From the NCBI GenBank assembly GCA_026914245.1, contig CP110439.1, positions 2,170,001 to 2,234,000 on the forward strand: a DNA stretch of 64,000 nt, read 5' to 3'. This stretch comes from Puccinia triticina. Its lineage: Eukaryota. This document shows, piece after piece, positions 1-13,070 of this stretch. The notes below the pieces were generated by a model. That model saw nothing but the letters and a program-made list of their open reading frames with translations, was not told the origin of the DNA and ran no database searches. The translations under genes and the position numbers were made by a program. How positions within the stretch are numbered: the first letter of the stretch is position 1; every line of letters begins with the position of its first letter.

Positions 1-501
1 TTGCGTCTTGGCGCCAGTAGATTTGACCTTCCACGAGTTGAAGATCGTAATCCGTTTGTTAGCCTTTGGAGTTGCAGTGCCATACTGGTCCGAATCGTCG
101 AGTTTCTCTTGGCGGCAAATGATTTCTGTGCTCGTCACAATATTCTTGTGACGGCTCGTACCATCTGATTTGAGTGTAAACGCCTTGAAAGCAATTCTTC
201 TGATCTGAGTAAATCGTTTTTTCTTTGACTTGACTGGGGCTGTTTTCTTGACCTTTGGTGTGGATTCATTTTCACTATCACTAAGAGCAGGCGCATGAGA
301 ATCAAGCCAGATTTCATTGGGTCCTTCATCGTTTTCACCCTGTGGTGCCGCGTCCGAAATTGATTCACTAATTGCCTTTTTCCAAAAGTATTCGGACGGC
401 CTAGATTTCACCGGGCGCGATGACTTATCGCGCAAACCCACATTGAACAGGGACGAGTAAGGTAGTGTGATACCGCGAGGACAGGCTATGAGGTGAGCCA
501 T
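1..501 (-). CDS. 5' part of a GAF-domain protein gene, paralog of 18772-21404; runs off the window start
   Basis: Open frame from ATG at 501 (MAHLIACPRGITLPYSSLFNVGLRDKSSRPVKSRPSEYFWKKA...RFTQIRRIAFKAF...IVTSTEII...KRITIF) aligns colinearly with exon 1 of the plus-strand gene (MAHIAAGSCGINLPHSSLFNVNLRDKSTRQVKSRPPDYFWKKA...RFTQLRRIAFKAF...IVTSTEVI...KRITIF). Absent from the ORF track because there is no stop in the window. Confidence 0.85.
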   Translation of the reverse strand, partial: MAHLIACPRGITLPYSSLFNVGLRDKSSRPVKSRPSEYFWKKAISESISDAAPQGENDEGPNEIWLDSHAPALSDSENESTPKVKKTAPVKSKKKRFTQIRRIAFKAFTLKSDGTSRHKNIVTSTEIICRQEKLDDSDQYGTATPKANKRITIFNSWKVKSTGAKTQ

Positions 502-1405
502 GATGAGCGATAAAACGTGATGAGTATAGAGGAGAGGAAGGAGTTGCAGTCCTGGGATTGTCAGCCGATGGAGTTACAAAACGAGAACTGCGGAGATTCT
601 TTCTTGTACATATAAGTTTGGACGCAAAATCGTGAAGTTTAGGATTTTTAAATGAATTAATGATGGTGTCAAAACCCGATGATGTCATCATTGGTTATTA
701 TGATGATGACAGTACTGTCATAATCATCCCAAGCGCAAACCTTGCCAGACCAAGCGAACCTCGTCCAAATCCCCGAGCGTAACAAAGCCCGCGGCACCGC
801 GGAGCCGTAGGTGCAAGCGGGGCTTATGCCTAACAAGCAGAGCCTCGCGTGACAGGATCTCACTTGGAACCGTAGTTTTCTTTGCATCTTAGTTCAAAAA
901 TCAACACTCACTTGCCACTAAATTCCAACCTACCTCCATGAAGCGCTGGCTTCCTGGCTATCATTCCATCCCCTCCATTTTCTCTCATCTTTTTTTGTAT
1001 GTACAGTATAATTTTTTGAAATACATGCAATCCTTGGGTCCGATTGAGCTTTAACAGTATTGTTTTCACGACAATTAAAAGCTCGCTCGGACCTCTCGGC
1101 ATTCAGGATCAATGCCATACTGATTTCATTAAGCTTAAAGAGATCGGAAGGGATCAACAGCGGAGTAAGAAAATAAAAAAGGATACAACAATTAAATCTT
1201 CCATCTTCCGTGAAGTCGATACAAGCCTTCTTTGAGTCGCAACAGCCACCCAAAAGACTAGTTCAACCCTTTGAAGCAGCCATCCCACCGTTTACGACCG
1301 CAAAGATGCCGTCAAGAACACAAAAGAAAACAAAGAAACCTTCACAGAAAATTACCCTCACAAAGCATTTGCTTGAAATGGGTGACGCTGACCTCTGTGA
1401 TGCAA

Positions 1406-1648
1406 TCATTGATGACTGCTTGCCATGCTTCCCCTAAAATGAGTCTGCCAAGACCGTCCAAGTCGACGCCGTGATGAGCCTAGTCCGAAGTATTGTTGTT
1501 GGAAGGCCATTGACATGTTGTTGCCGGTCAAGAAGGCGGTGAGGAATTGCTTTGGGGTAAGGTTGAGATCGTCAATGAGATTGCAAATGGAGCGTAAATT
1601 TTGACTCTTGCGACCTGATGGGGTTTTTTTTGTCGGGTCCGGATCCAT
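1406..1648 (-). pseudogene. Fragment of a repetitive, probably TE-associated fungal gene (resembles the N-terminus of DUF6589-type proteins)
   Basis: ICNLIDDLNLTPKQFLTAFL motif; the frame degenerates soon after; the family assignment is from memory only. Confidence 0.3.
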
Positions 1649-1691
1649 TGTTGTGATGAGGTGTTGAGGGAATGCGTTGGAGGTCAATATA

Positions 1692-2386
1692 CAGTGCCCG
1701 GAAGAAAGTTTTCATTAAATTTCTTTTGACAAGAACACATACAAACCATGCCTGCTAATTTCTGATTTATTAGGAGGATGGACAGAAAGGTTCAAAAAGA
1801 ATGAATACAAGTAATGTTTTTGGAAAAAATAAGTGCAATATACTAGCTGAAAATATTTTTTTTCATTAAATGATAATTTTGGAAAATCTTTAATACTATT
1901 CCAAAAAAATCGTGAATAATCAGAATCAATAGACTGACATGTGACGTGAATGATAATAAATGAAAAAATGAATCCCAAAATTCATCCTAAATTTTAGTTG
2001 GCAGTGAAAACACCTCAGACACTGTTTTTTTGTTACCTGCAGTGCAAATTTGCAATTTTTGAGGTACTTTCCCTGCCCACAAAAATTTAGGATGGATTTT
2101 GGGATTCATTTCTTTCATTTATTATCATTCACGTCACATGTCAGTCTATTGATTCTGATTATTCACAATTTTTTTTGGAATAGTATTAAAGATTTTCCAA
2201 AATTATCATTTAATGAAAAAAATATTTTCAGCTAGTATATTGCACTTATTTTTTCCAAAAACATTACTTGTATTCATTCTTTTCAAACCTTTCTGTCCAT
2301 CCTCCTAATAAATCAGAAATTAGCAGGCATGGTTTGTATGTGTTCTTGTCAAAAGAAATTTAATGAAAACTTTCTTCCGGGCACTG
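1692..2386. mobile_element. Foldback MITE, Tc1/mariner-like, with ~310-bp TIRs
   Basis: Ends CAGTGCCCGGAAGAAAG... and ...CTTTCTTCCGGGCACTG; arms near-perfectly inverted (~1692-2003 vs ~2071-2386); TA on both sides (1690-91, 2387-88). Confidence 0.9.
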
Positions 2387-2713
2387 TACATATGCAAAAA
2401 GATGGGGGGATGCAATCAGTGATCAATGGTGATATGAAGCAGATGTAAAAAAAGAGAGTTCGATGAAAAAAAAAAAAAAAACAGCCTTCAGTAAGGTCAG
2501 GTTTATGACTTACCAACCAATTCTGCAAAACCAAACCTCTGAAATCCAAGCTTTTGAAAAAATTATACATATGTCATGAAAATGGATTTTCAAATTTTGA
2601 GTTGATGGAAATTATAGCAAGATGCAGGGGAACAAACCATGAGAATTGAGAAGCAGCTATTGTGTTTTGAATAAAGCTTGGATGATTCCTCAAATTTTCT
2701 GGTTTCGTTGACC

Positions 2714-4051
2714 AAGGTCAACTATGGAGGCCCTGACGCGCCAATCTTGCCATAAGAAATCAAAAACCCTGATTTCCCGCCCCTGAAATGACCAACTTGC
2801 CACAATTTTCTCAAAACATGCCCCTGGCCCACCATATTTGCCAGGCTGATATTGATCTCATCCACCATACATGCCAAGTTTCAGGAAGAATCACTGTTTC
2901 ACAGTGTTGTGCTGCCAACTGTGCCGACCCCCAAGATGCAAGAGTTGCCATCACCCTTCCCCAATTGTCCGGCCCGCCCTGTGTCTCATCCCCTCCGCTC
3001 CCATACACGGAGCATGATACAAAATATACAGAATATAAGGCTATGCCCCCATTGCTAATGTTACCCTCATGGTAGGGCTGGACCCCAACCAAGGCCAGTC
3101 GGGTATACCTGACTATCCAACTGAGTCAGTGAGCAGGAGGATGTTTATATATCTCCCCCCGCACCACAGATGCCAACGCCAGCGCCAGCATTGACTGACG
3201 CGTGTCCTGCGGCCCATCCGACTGTGTCGCATAGTCAGGTATACCCGACTGGCGGTTGGGGCTCAGCTGTAAACCTGGCTGCCTTGTCAAGAAGTCCATT
3301 TGGCGAAGTCCTTTCAATGAGTTGGACATATGTACCCAGCTCAAGCTCGCTGGGATCCTTTTTTCCCACCCAGTGAGCTAGAATGACATCCCTTGCCAAG
3401 GAGTCCCCCCAGCAAGCTGAATGTGTCCAGCTCTTTGGGAGGACCTCCTTCGCCAAGCTGGATGCAAATGTATCATGCTCGCCAGGACCTCACCGAGCTG
3501 GATAAATATGTATCCAGCTCGCCAGGACCTGACCGGACCTGACGTATCCAGCTCAGCGAGGGAGGTCCTCCCAACGAGCTGGACACGTTCAGCTCGCTGG
3601 GTGGACTCTCGCCGGGACCTTCCTTACCGAGCTGGGTGCATGTATCCAGCTTGGCGAGAGAGGTCCTCCCGGCGAGCTGGACACATCCAGCTTGCGGGTT
3701 GACTCACTTCTTTGACGGAAGGAATCCCTCCGGTCAGGGAGGTGTACATACCTCTTGACCGGGGGAATCCCTATGGTCAAGGAGGTATCAATGACTGAAG
3801 TCATCAAGGTGTGTACCCAGGACCAATTGTACATCTATGTGGGATAGGTTATGTGTTGATGTGCGGACCCTTCCACATGCAGAAGCCCAATATGCTCCTG
3901 AAACAATTGTAAGTGGGGGCATTGGAAGATTGCAGGAAGTTTTGGTACTTGTATGGCAACTCTGGCGCTTGGATTCATTCAAAAAGCGATTTTGATTTTT
4001 TTGATTTTTTTGTGGCCAGAATGGTGTGTCAGGGCCTCCATAGTCAACTCC
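2714..4051. mobile_element. Degenerate non-autonomous TIR element with internal hairpin repeats
   Basis: ~50-bp imperfect inverted ends (GGTCAACTATGGAGGCCCTGACGCGCCA vs revcomp GAGTTGACTATGGAGGCCCTGACACACCA); degenerate GAGCTGGAT..ATCCAGCTC repeats at ~3380-3790; no TSD seen. Confidence 0.6.
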
Positions 4052-4091
4052 ATATTTTTGATATCCTTTCCACATGGTGCATCTTGACAGA

Positions 4092-5228
4092 TGTCAGATG
4101 AGGCCCAAGGCTAAATCCACCCCCGGTGTGGAACTACTCTGAGGGAAGAATAGAGCTTGAGAGGGATTTGGTGCTTGAAGGGCTGCCTCTCAGGGGAACA
4201 AGAAAAAGAATATAAGAGTATGGACTCTTAAGGAAAGGTGTGGCTATGGAGATTCTTGAGGTATGTCTAAGGGTTTACTTTCTACTAATCTAATAGCAAG
4301 GTAAAGGTAATGTAAAGTCTGTCCAACCTGATATATTTGGCATAGACTTATCAAGCTTGTCCACTCTGATTTAATGGCATAAGCTAGGCTAGTGAATGGT
4401 GACCAGTGATCTGGATTGCTGGGACAGGATCTGATGAGGAACAAAAGGTAGGGCCAAAGAGGGCAGACTATATACAAAATATTATGGGGCTGAGTTGTGG
4501 TTGGAAGAAAAGATGAAACAGTGAAAATTCTCAATCAAGGGGCTGAGGCTGAAAATGCTATGGGGATGGAAAGTTCTGGAATGAGGCTGGAATGTGGAGA
4601 GACAATGAAACATCAGAAGAAAGGGATTACATATCATATGAGAGTCTGAAAAGGGAAGGGCTGAAACCAAAGGGTACAAGGGGTAATCAAGATGGGATCT
4701 CCATGGTTATTACATGTGTGGCTAATGCCAAGATGGGGTTGTTATGCTGGATTGGGAAGGGAGAAAAAGATGATGAATATCCAGGGTCTTTCCTAATAGT
4801 CTGGCTCTGTCTGATGGGTGACTTTCTCCCACTTGTGCCTAGCTGGGTGCTTGAGAAATACTGATTTGGTGTAGGTGGGTATCCAGAAGGTGGGGAAAAA
4901 GGGTGAAGAGAGAATGGGGGGCCTGTTGATGGGTATGAGTTGTCCTGGCCTTGATCCTTAAGGGAGGTGGGTGCTTGAGTATTCCAGAGAGGTTTATATT
5001 GAGGTGAAAAGACTTTGATTTTGGTGCCATATTCAGGATTGGCTTACCACACCGGAGCCAATTTCCTCCAGTAGGGGGTGAAGGAGTCGGGTTAGAGAAA
5101 TACAGAGTTCATTTTCAGAACCAGAGCAGCTTCTTTACCCGGCCCACAACATGCCATGACCATTGGCTGTTGCCCTCTGCCAGTATGGGCCGGGCAGGGA
5201 GAGGCCGACCAAGCGCTGGGTCGTGACA
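4092..5228 (-). mobile_element. Possible solo LTR (Gypsy-like)
   Basis: Minus strand starts TGTCACGACCC and ends ...ATCTGACA; CpG-poor interior; TSD only imperfect (CAGA/CAAA). Confidence 0.4.
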
Positions 5229-6045
5229 CAAAGACATCCCGGGTGGAAGTCAATTCCAAGGTTTTGTTTAAAGTTGTGTCTGGCTTTTAAAGTTTGGTGT
5301 GAAGTTTAAAATAAAGTTACTACATAACGAAACCAGAAAATTTGATTAGCGTTGGCCACGCGCGCTTGGCCTTTTTTTTGGCCAAACTTTGGTGAGTGCC
5401 CAGACGGGCTTGCAACACCATAGGTTGGTGGTGATCAAGTTATGAGGGAAATTTATCCTCCACTACCAAAGCAAGGAGATCCTGTCAAGCCAGATTTCCT
5501 GCTTAGTCACAAGTCCTCTCCCTGCAGGAGAGATTGCAGTGCTACACATCTCAACCGGCCAAAAGTGCCGCAGCAGGGACACAGACTTTGACAAGTTTGG
5601 TGCACGGAGAGTTGGGAGAATTGTCAAAGCCTGAGCTGATTGGGGATGGGCAATAGCGGTTTTAGAAGGCAATGGACTGGCAAACGCAAGTGATTCAAGG
5701 CATGCGTTCCAGCTGAGGGAAATGCTGGTAGATGGTACTCCTTATGCGTATGTGCGCAGTTACGTGGGCTGGCCATCATCAAACCACAAGGCTATGAAGT
5801 AAACGGGCCTTGTTCATCTCCTCCAACATGAACTCGGGTCCTCCGCACCATTTCAACAGTGCCCACCCACAAAGAGGTGAAATTAATTCCAATTCTTCAG
5901 ACTTCATGCAGTGTTTAAATGCGTGTGAGGTATATGATTGATTGATTGGATGGGCTTGCTGGAAATCACACATTTACAATACAGTACATCACAATTTAAA
6001 TTTGAGCCAAATAAACCCTCTTGGGGCCTTGTGTAACAAACAGAT

Positions 6046-6188
6046 TGTTGTAACCCAGCGGGGGTTACACGTGGAGGGTCTCATCTAGAACCCTTTTCTC
6101 ACATTACTTTCATGTATATAAACCTAGCTATGTTTACATACATGAAAATCATCATTCCTGTCTCAAACCATATCCTGAGGTTCCTTTA
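6046..6188 (+). repeat. Copia 5' LTR
   Basis: Direct repeat of 11778-11920, TGTTG...CCTTTA. Confidence 0.95.
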
Positions 6189-7214
6189 GGTTATGAGCCC
6201 TTGAAACATCTCACAAACATCGTTTTCTTTTCCTTTTCTTGTCTACTTGGTTCTTCTCTTCTACTCTGTCCATCTATCATCAGGGTATCCCAGCGTAGGG
6301 TGTGATTGGCCCGTTGTCATTTGAAGGAATTACGACCGGAGGCAAGCAGAGCGGGCAAAGGGAGAAAGATTGGCTTAGCTGATAGCAGACAAATAGTCTG
6401 AAAAAGGACCGAATAAACTTACTCGAAGGGGCTAATGTGCCTTTGCAGATAAGACAGAGTGCGGGCTCAAGTGCGCACAAAGGATCAAAATGGTCAGAGC
6501 TGATGCTGAATTCCTGAGTAGTATGTGATGTTTAAATAGACTACATACAATGTGCTCAAGTTGTGGGCGCGCTTTTTAGAGGACACAATGAATAAGGAAA
6601 AAAAGGTACATGCATAAAAGATGGGACATTTTTGTGATATGAGAAAAGGAAAAAGGAGAGCGGTGACGAGGGAAATTCCAACATCATTCAAAACTTTTCT
6701 TGCTTGACTGGCTCATCATCTACCCGACAAAGTTTTACTACACCTACTAAGCTGCACGCAAGTAGCTATTGCTGTGTATACCTGTTCTCAGGACGCGGAG
6801 TTCAGGGGCCAAAAAGTTTGTTTGCTTTCTTTTGACTCACCAGAAAAATCATATCATCTCTACGTCTACCGCATCTATTTCTCTACCTGCCTGTCCCACG
6901 TTTCCGAACAAAGTTTTCTACCTCAACTGACATTCCTCTTCAACTCTACCAATCTCCAGAACACATTAAAAAAAAAAAATCCCTTCTTATTCTTAAAACT
7001 GCTCCATCTCCCGACTACTCATCTCTTAACTCTTGTTCCTCCAATCTATTCCTGTATACTCCATTTTTTTCCCACCACCATCATCAAACTCTTCTCTCTG
7101 AAAATCCAAATATCCTTTCTGCCCTTCACCCAACTTTTCTCCCTACACAACAATTGATTTCTTTTGCTTCTCTCTCCATCCAACCTATCCCTTTTCCACC
7201 AGTTTTTCTTCTCC

Positions 7215-10200
7215 ATGTCTTCCCCTGGCATAAGCACCCCAAACTCCTGCGGCAATACTCCCAGACCTACTGATCCCCCGGCCCCTCCAGCTCCTGCCGC
7301 ACGACGCCCAGCAGTTGTCAATGTTGCTGAAGATTGGAACACGGCTGCCATCATTGCTTTGGTAGTCAACCTTATCCGTGACAAAGACCGCTTGCTACCA
7401 GATGGATCCAATTTTGGTGTCTGGGGGGACTTCTTGGAAAAACGCATGCGCAATGGTGTAAATGATGGCGATTATCTTATGTTCCTGTTGACGAGTGCTG
7501 TCCAGGAACAAATTGCTCGATCTATCCTTTTGGCTTCTGTTGACCGCACACTCCGCCGACCAATGGCACCTTTTGCAACCACGCAAGAAATGTTTGCGGA
7601 CATCCATCTCCGTTTCAATGTCATTACCAGAGCGGCAAAGATCAATGCATTCCGTAGACTTCTTTTGTTCAACATACGCGACCATCCCTCCTCGGCAACA
7701 ATCAACATGGCGATCACCGACCAACTCAATGAACTTCACCAACAAAACATCAATCTCACACGCAATCTGCCTCAATTAGCCTGGATTGGTTCTTCAGAAC
7801 GGACTAGGATCAGAACCGGAAGTAATGAGGGAGGTGGATCAAAGGATCGATATGGCATTACAAGCTTCCAGAAGCAGGATGGTAGCGGATTTCGACACAA
7901 TAGTCCGAACGGTAAATGTGGTGCAAGAAAACATCAGACATCAACGTGAAGGCATCACTGACAGCCAACCAATGCCGGCCAGTCAGCCGTTAGTCATGCA
8001 AGCTAACCCAGTTGCCGCGGTTCCCGTCTCTAGTTTGCCTCCTCAGCACCCCAACAACATCCCGGACGCGATGGATTTCATGGTGATGCAGGCAGGGTTT
8101 TGCTGGCAATGCCGCTTGCCCAATCATTTACTCCGCGAATGCCCTCTTCGTGTCTGTGCCAATCCAAACCGTGGTCCAGCCAGAAGAATGCCTCAACATT
8201 GGGGTTACAATCAGTATCCGTTCCCCCAGCAACATGGATTTCAACCATTCTACCCAATAGTGGCACCTGCTGGGTACACTGGTACTTATCCATTGGTCCA
8301 GCCCCCTTCTTTCGCTTCTTGCCCCCCCCGTTCCACAGACGTCTCCTCAAGTCTCCCGGCCTGGCAACTCCTACCGCCTGGCAACTCCTACCAACCCCAA
8401 TACCAAAACAACTGTGCCTATTGGGCTTGGCAGTCATTGGAGACTCAGCAACACTGGACTCAGCCCGCTGCTAGGATGTCCAAAGCACCATTGCACAACC
8501 ATCAAGATCACAGTGCGCGCATGGTGGAGCTCGGTGACCTGGCGGATGATCTTGCCAATCTTCACTTTGGCCATGCGCATGTTGTGATGGCCAATGGTGA
8601 GCCGATTGTGGATTCTGGTGCGTACCACCATCTCTGTGGTGACCATCGTTCTTTTCTTAAATTTTGCTCCTTCCTTCGTCCTATTCCACTTAAAGTAGCT
8701 ACTGAAGGCAACAATGCCTTTATCACGGGCCAAGGCAACTTTCACTTTGATGGTCTGAACAACCAGAGAGTAACCATTCATGGCGTACTTTATTGTGAGC
8801 TAGCAAGAACGACTCTGATCTCTCTAGCCGCGTTGAGGAAAGCTAACGCCTAGTTCACATATGATGTGTCACAGGATCGCTATGAGATTTTTAGTCGCAG
8901 CGGTAGACATGTGTTTTCCTGCCCTTTTGTGGCTCGACACAACAAATGGATTTTTCCCCATCCCCTTGTCAACGCAGCCTATGACTCCCAGTGTATTCCT
9001 CCAATCCACAATGTCCACAAAGTTCACAATCCTCTGTTTTGTCCTATATCCACATCTGAACTTCTGAATATAAGGAATAATTTCTATGTGCCTCTTGACA
9101 CTGCGCCAAATGACCTGAGTATTGCTGATAAAGACTTGACAGCCAACAAACGGACGCTGATGTATTGGCACCGCTTGTTCGGGCATGCCAGCTTGAGAAA
9201 GATTAAGCATCTGTGCAGGATGGGGAATGGCGAGGGTCTTTCCACTGCCCTTCCTCCGGGAAATATCAAGTGCTCGGTGTGCGCTATCAGCAAGAGCCTA
9301 CTTAAGACTAGACTCTCTTCTACTGATTGAATCCTCCCGCAACTGAGTATTATATCCACAAATATTATAGGACCCTTCCAGGTGCCAACGTTCAACAATG
9401 GTCAATTTGTGCTGATGATCCAGGATCTCGGCACTGGATTCTCTGAGGCAAATATTATGAAGAGCAAAGACCAAGCCTGTGTGTTGGTGATTGAAACCAT
9501 TAAGAGATGGGAGTGCACGACTGGGGATAAAGTTTGTGTTTTCCGGAGCAATAACGGGGGTGGAATATAATAGTAATGTTTTTCTCTCTTTCCTTGCGAA
9601 CAAGGGAATCAAGGCTGAATGCGCGCTGCACTATCATCATTACCAAAATGGGGCAATCAAAAGATACAATAGGACCTTAAGTGAAATGGGAAGAACTTTA
9701 CTGATAGACAGCAAGCTCGACAAATCTTTTTGGGGTTTTAGCTACATCTGGGCAAGCAACACGCTAAACCGCATTCCCAGCAAACGAAGCGGTGAACGTT
9801 TGACTTTTGAAGCCTTTTACGGACGACTACCTTCATTTGACACTGCGCGGATCTTTGGCGAAATTGGTTTTGTGCAAGTACCAGTGGAGAAGCGACAGAA
9901 ACTTGACCATCAGGTGTTAGAAGGACGGTTGGTTGCTAACTGTGACAACAGCAAAGGTTGGGTGTTTTGGGTGAAGGAATCCAACAAACTGGTGGCGTCT
10001 ACAATTGTAGATTGAAAGGTCAAGAGACCTGTTTCTTTTATTCCTTCCATAAAGCCCAAATTGCCTGCTGTTGCGGTCGACCCGCCGCCAGCTCCCATTA
10101 TTGACGCACCAGCTAACAAACACAAGCTAGATTTCGTGATGAACAGGCTGTGTCTGGGCGATCACAGTGCGGACTCTCTCGTTGCACAACAGGAATTGGT

Positions 10201-11766
10201 AGTCGATAAGCTTCTCCAGGAATGTTCCTTTTTTGCGTCAACGGTCCCACGGACTTTTCTCCAGGCAAAGAAATCAACGGATTGGCTGAAATGGCGCGAC
10301 ACAATTGAGGAAGAACTGGGGAATCTGTTTTGAATGAAAGTCTGGTCAGCGCTGCCGTGCCCATTGGATAGGTGTCCACTTGATGGGAGATGGGTGTTTA
10401 CGGAGAAAACCAACAATCAGTCCAAAGTGGTACAATGGAAAGCTTGCTATGTGGCGAAAGGTTTCACACAACGTGAAGGGTATGATTTCAATAAAAAATT
10501 TGCTCCCACCGCAACATTTGCCTCTCTGCAACTACTATTAAGCTTGGCTGCTAAGTTTAACTGGCCCGTTAGGTCTTTTGATTTCGTCGCTGCTTACCTC
10601 AATTATCCCATAGATGAAGAGGTTTGGGTGAAAGCCCCCGAAGGCATGAACCTGCCGCCAGGTCATGCCATGAATATACATGAAGCACTTTACGGCACCA
10701 AGCAGGCGGCAAGATGTTGGTGGTTGCACCTGAAGGGAATACTCGACAAACTAGGTTATAAGGCAAGTCAGTGTGATAATAGTCTTTATACTCTACAGCA
10801 TCAGTCAGAGATTGGTGTGGTATGGATCCACGTGGATGACGGCGTGGTGACTGGCTCCTCCAATATTCTCTTGCGTCAACTGGAGGAAAGCCTGAAGGGA
10901 GTACTGAAAATCAAATGGACTGATGGCTTAGAATCAATTGTAGGAGCTGAAATTCAGCGTCAACCGGACAGTTTCTTCCTGTGACAACCCAAGCTGATCA
11001 ATCAAGTACTAAGAGATCATTGGGATGGTGCACTGACATATAGGACACCCCTACCCACATCGCTGGATCTGGTAACAGACCCAAATGGTGTTACTGCTGA
11101 CTCTACTAAATATCTTTCCATTTTAGGTTCTTTTAGCTACTTGGCGGTAGGCACCCGACCGGAAATTGCCTTTGTGGTAAAACTACTGGCGCGGTTCTCG
11201 GCGAGCCCTGGAGTCAACCACTGGAAAGGGATACGTCACTTACTTGGGTACCTAGAAGGCTCACGGGACATCACACTCAGCCTAACCCCTCGAGGAAATT
11301 ACAAGGCTCTCAAGTGTTTTGTTGATGCATTGTGGGGTGGGGAGCATGCAAGGTCTACATATGGTTTGTTGGTAAAAAATTTTGGTTGTCCAATTTTATG
11401 GGCTTCGAGGAGATTTGTGACAGTAGCGGCATCCACTTGCCAAGCGGAATATATGGCGCTGGGTATTGAGACTCGCCAGGTACTGTGGATACACCACTTA
11501 CTTGCTGACATACTTAAGAAAGACTTCACAGGACATTTGCATTGCGACAACCAGGCGGCAATACGTGTCAGCACAGATGACTCCGCGAACAAAGGGGTAA
11601 GACATGTCAACAGGGAATTTTTTTCTAACCAACCAAGCTATTTATGAAAACAAAACAGATCTCATATGGGTACCTACGACGGAGCAACTTGCGGAAATCT
11701 TTACTAAAGCGCTGGGTGAAGAGACGTTTGAGAAATTCCGGGGGCGGATCATGAGTGGTGTCTAGC
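7215..11766 (+). pseudogene. Copia gag-pol polyprotein with several stops and frameshifts
   Basis: Zn knuckle CWQCRLPNHLLREC; protease IVDSGA; WHRLFGH..C..C pre-integrase; integrase QNGAIKRYNRTL; RT GTKQAARCW and IHVDD; RNase H CDNQAAI; in-frame stops at ~8851, 9328, 10013, 10331, 10982. Confidence 0.93.
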
Positions 11767-11777
11767 TGAGGGGGGAG

Positions 11778-11920
11778 TGTTGTAACCCAGCGGGGGTTAC
11801 GCATGGAGGGTCTCATCTAGACCCCTTTTCTCACATTATTTTCATGTATATAAACCTAGCTATGTTTACATACATGAAAATCATCATTCCTGTCTTGAAC
11901 CATATCCTGAGGTTCCTTTA
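11778..11920 (+). repeat. Copia 3' LTR
   Basis: Direct repeat of 6046-6188, preceded by the PPT and followed by TSD CAGAT. Confidence 0.95.
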
Positions 11921-13070
11921 CAGATGGCTGAACTTCATTCAGTTTAAGTTTTCCCAGGATCATCAAAGACATTCAACAAAGAATATTTGAGAAGTGCACC
12001 AGTGTTGTTCAAGGAATTTCCTTATTTTTCTTTTCCTTTCCATTTTTCCAGGAATCCTTTCATTTTGTAGTTAATTCTGGAAATTTCCTTGTCCTGTGTT
12101 AGATTATAAAAAGTCCTTGTAGCCACTAGGGAGCTCTTTCCCTCGTGGCAAAATCTTTGTATCATTGCCTTCTTCAAAACTTGAAATCAAACTCACTCAC
12201 AAATCAAACCATCTCACATCCGCGTAAAGCCTAATCCCAAAAACATTGTCAAAGTTACACTGCAAAAGGATATTAGACCTTGGAAACAGGTCCGGAAATT
12301 CTGGTAGCTTGTCTGTAGTTTTCCGTTATCCCCGGTTCCCCGAAAAAACCCTAATACCTCAGGCTCACACCTTACCTGACCTCGCACACGGTTGTGTAAA
12401 TTAAAGGGCAAACATTGAGATTGACAGCCAAGGGAGCCATTCCTATGCACATGTCACAAAATTGGCAGCCTTTGCTTGCCGCTATTTTGTGATAAAACTC
12501 AAAAACGCTGTTACGGTAAAATGAGCCAACGGCGCCGCTCATTGGTTGCCAGGCAACTGCTCGTCTTTGATCATTGCTGTAATGGTTGTGTTTCCATCTG
12601 CTTGCCGGACTCACAGGATGACGGGTTGGTCGTCGGCATGAAATCCCGGGTTGCTCAAATTTTGTTGAGGGCGCAAAGGTGGTTAAGACAAATGGATTTG
12701 AGATATTCCACGTCACCCTGATGTCTTTTCCGCGTAGTGTATTAAAAAATATGGGTTAATAGATGAGGAGCAAGGAATATGAATTCAAAGGGGAATTGGC
12801 TAGTTGCTCATGTTTCTGATTTGTTTCTCTCTTCAGAGGATTGCTTGAAAGATAAGAGATAACATGTTGCAGAAAAATGAGCCAATGATCAACTTAAACA
12901 ACAGGGGAAAAATGAACAAAATGTAGCAGAAGCAAAGTGGCGGAAAGCAATTGATTCAATGTTAGTAGTCAACTAATTTTGATTCTCAAAATTGAGAGGA
13001 GTTTGGGCCATTGTTTGGTGATCTGTACGGAAGTTTTCCGTGGTGCTGATTTTGCAACACTCAAGGTGGG

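Larger units (their letters stand above)
6046..11920 (+). mobile_element. Full-length Ty1/Copia LTR retrotransposon, pseudogenised
   Basis: 143-bp LTRs at 6046-6188 and 11778-11920 with 6 differences; 5-bp TSD CAGAT (6041-45, 11921-25); PBS GGTTATGAGCCC at 6189; polypurine tract at 11768-11777; domain order gag-PR-IN-RT-RH. Confidence 0.97.
6032..12369 (+). mobile_element. Putative ~460-bp solo LTR (6032-6045 plus 11926-12369) interrupted by the Copia element
   Basis: After removing Copia: TGTAACA...CTCACA ends, flanks CCTTG/CCTTA (4/5), TATAAAA near 12105. Confidence 0.45.

Noticed and set aside
5460..5980. Possible degraded coding relic
   Set aside because: Only short frames with stops; could not be assigned to any family.
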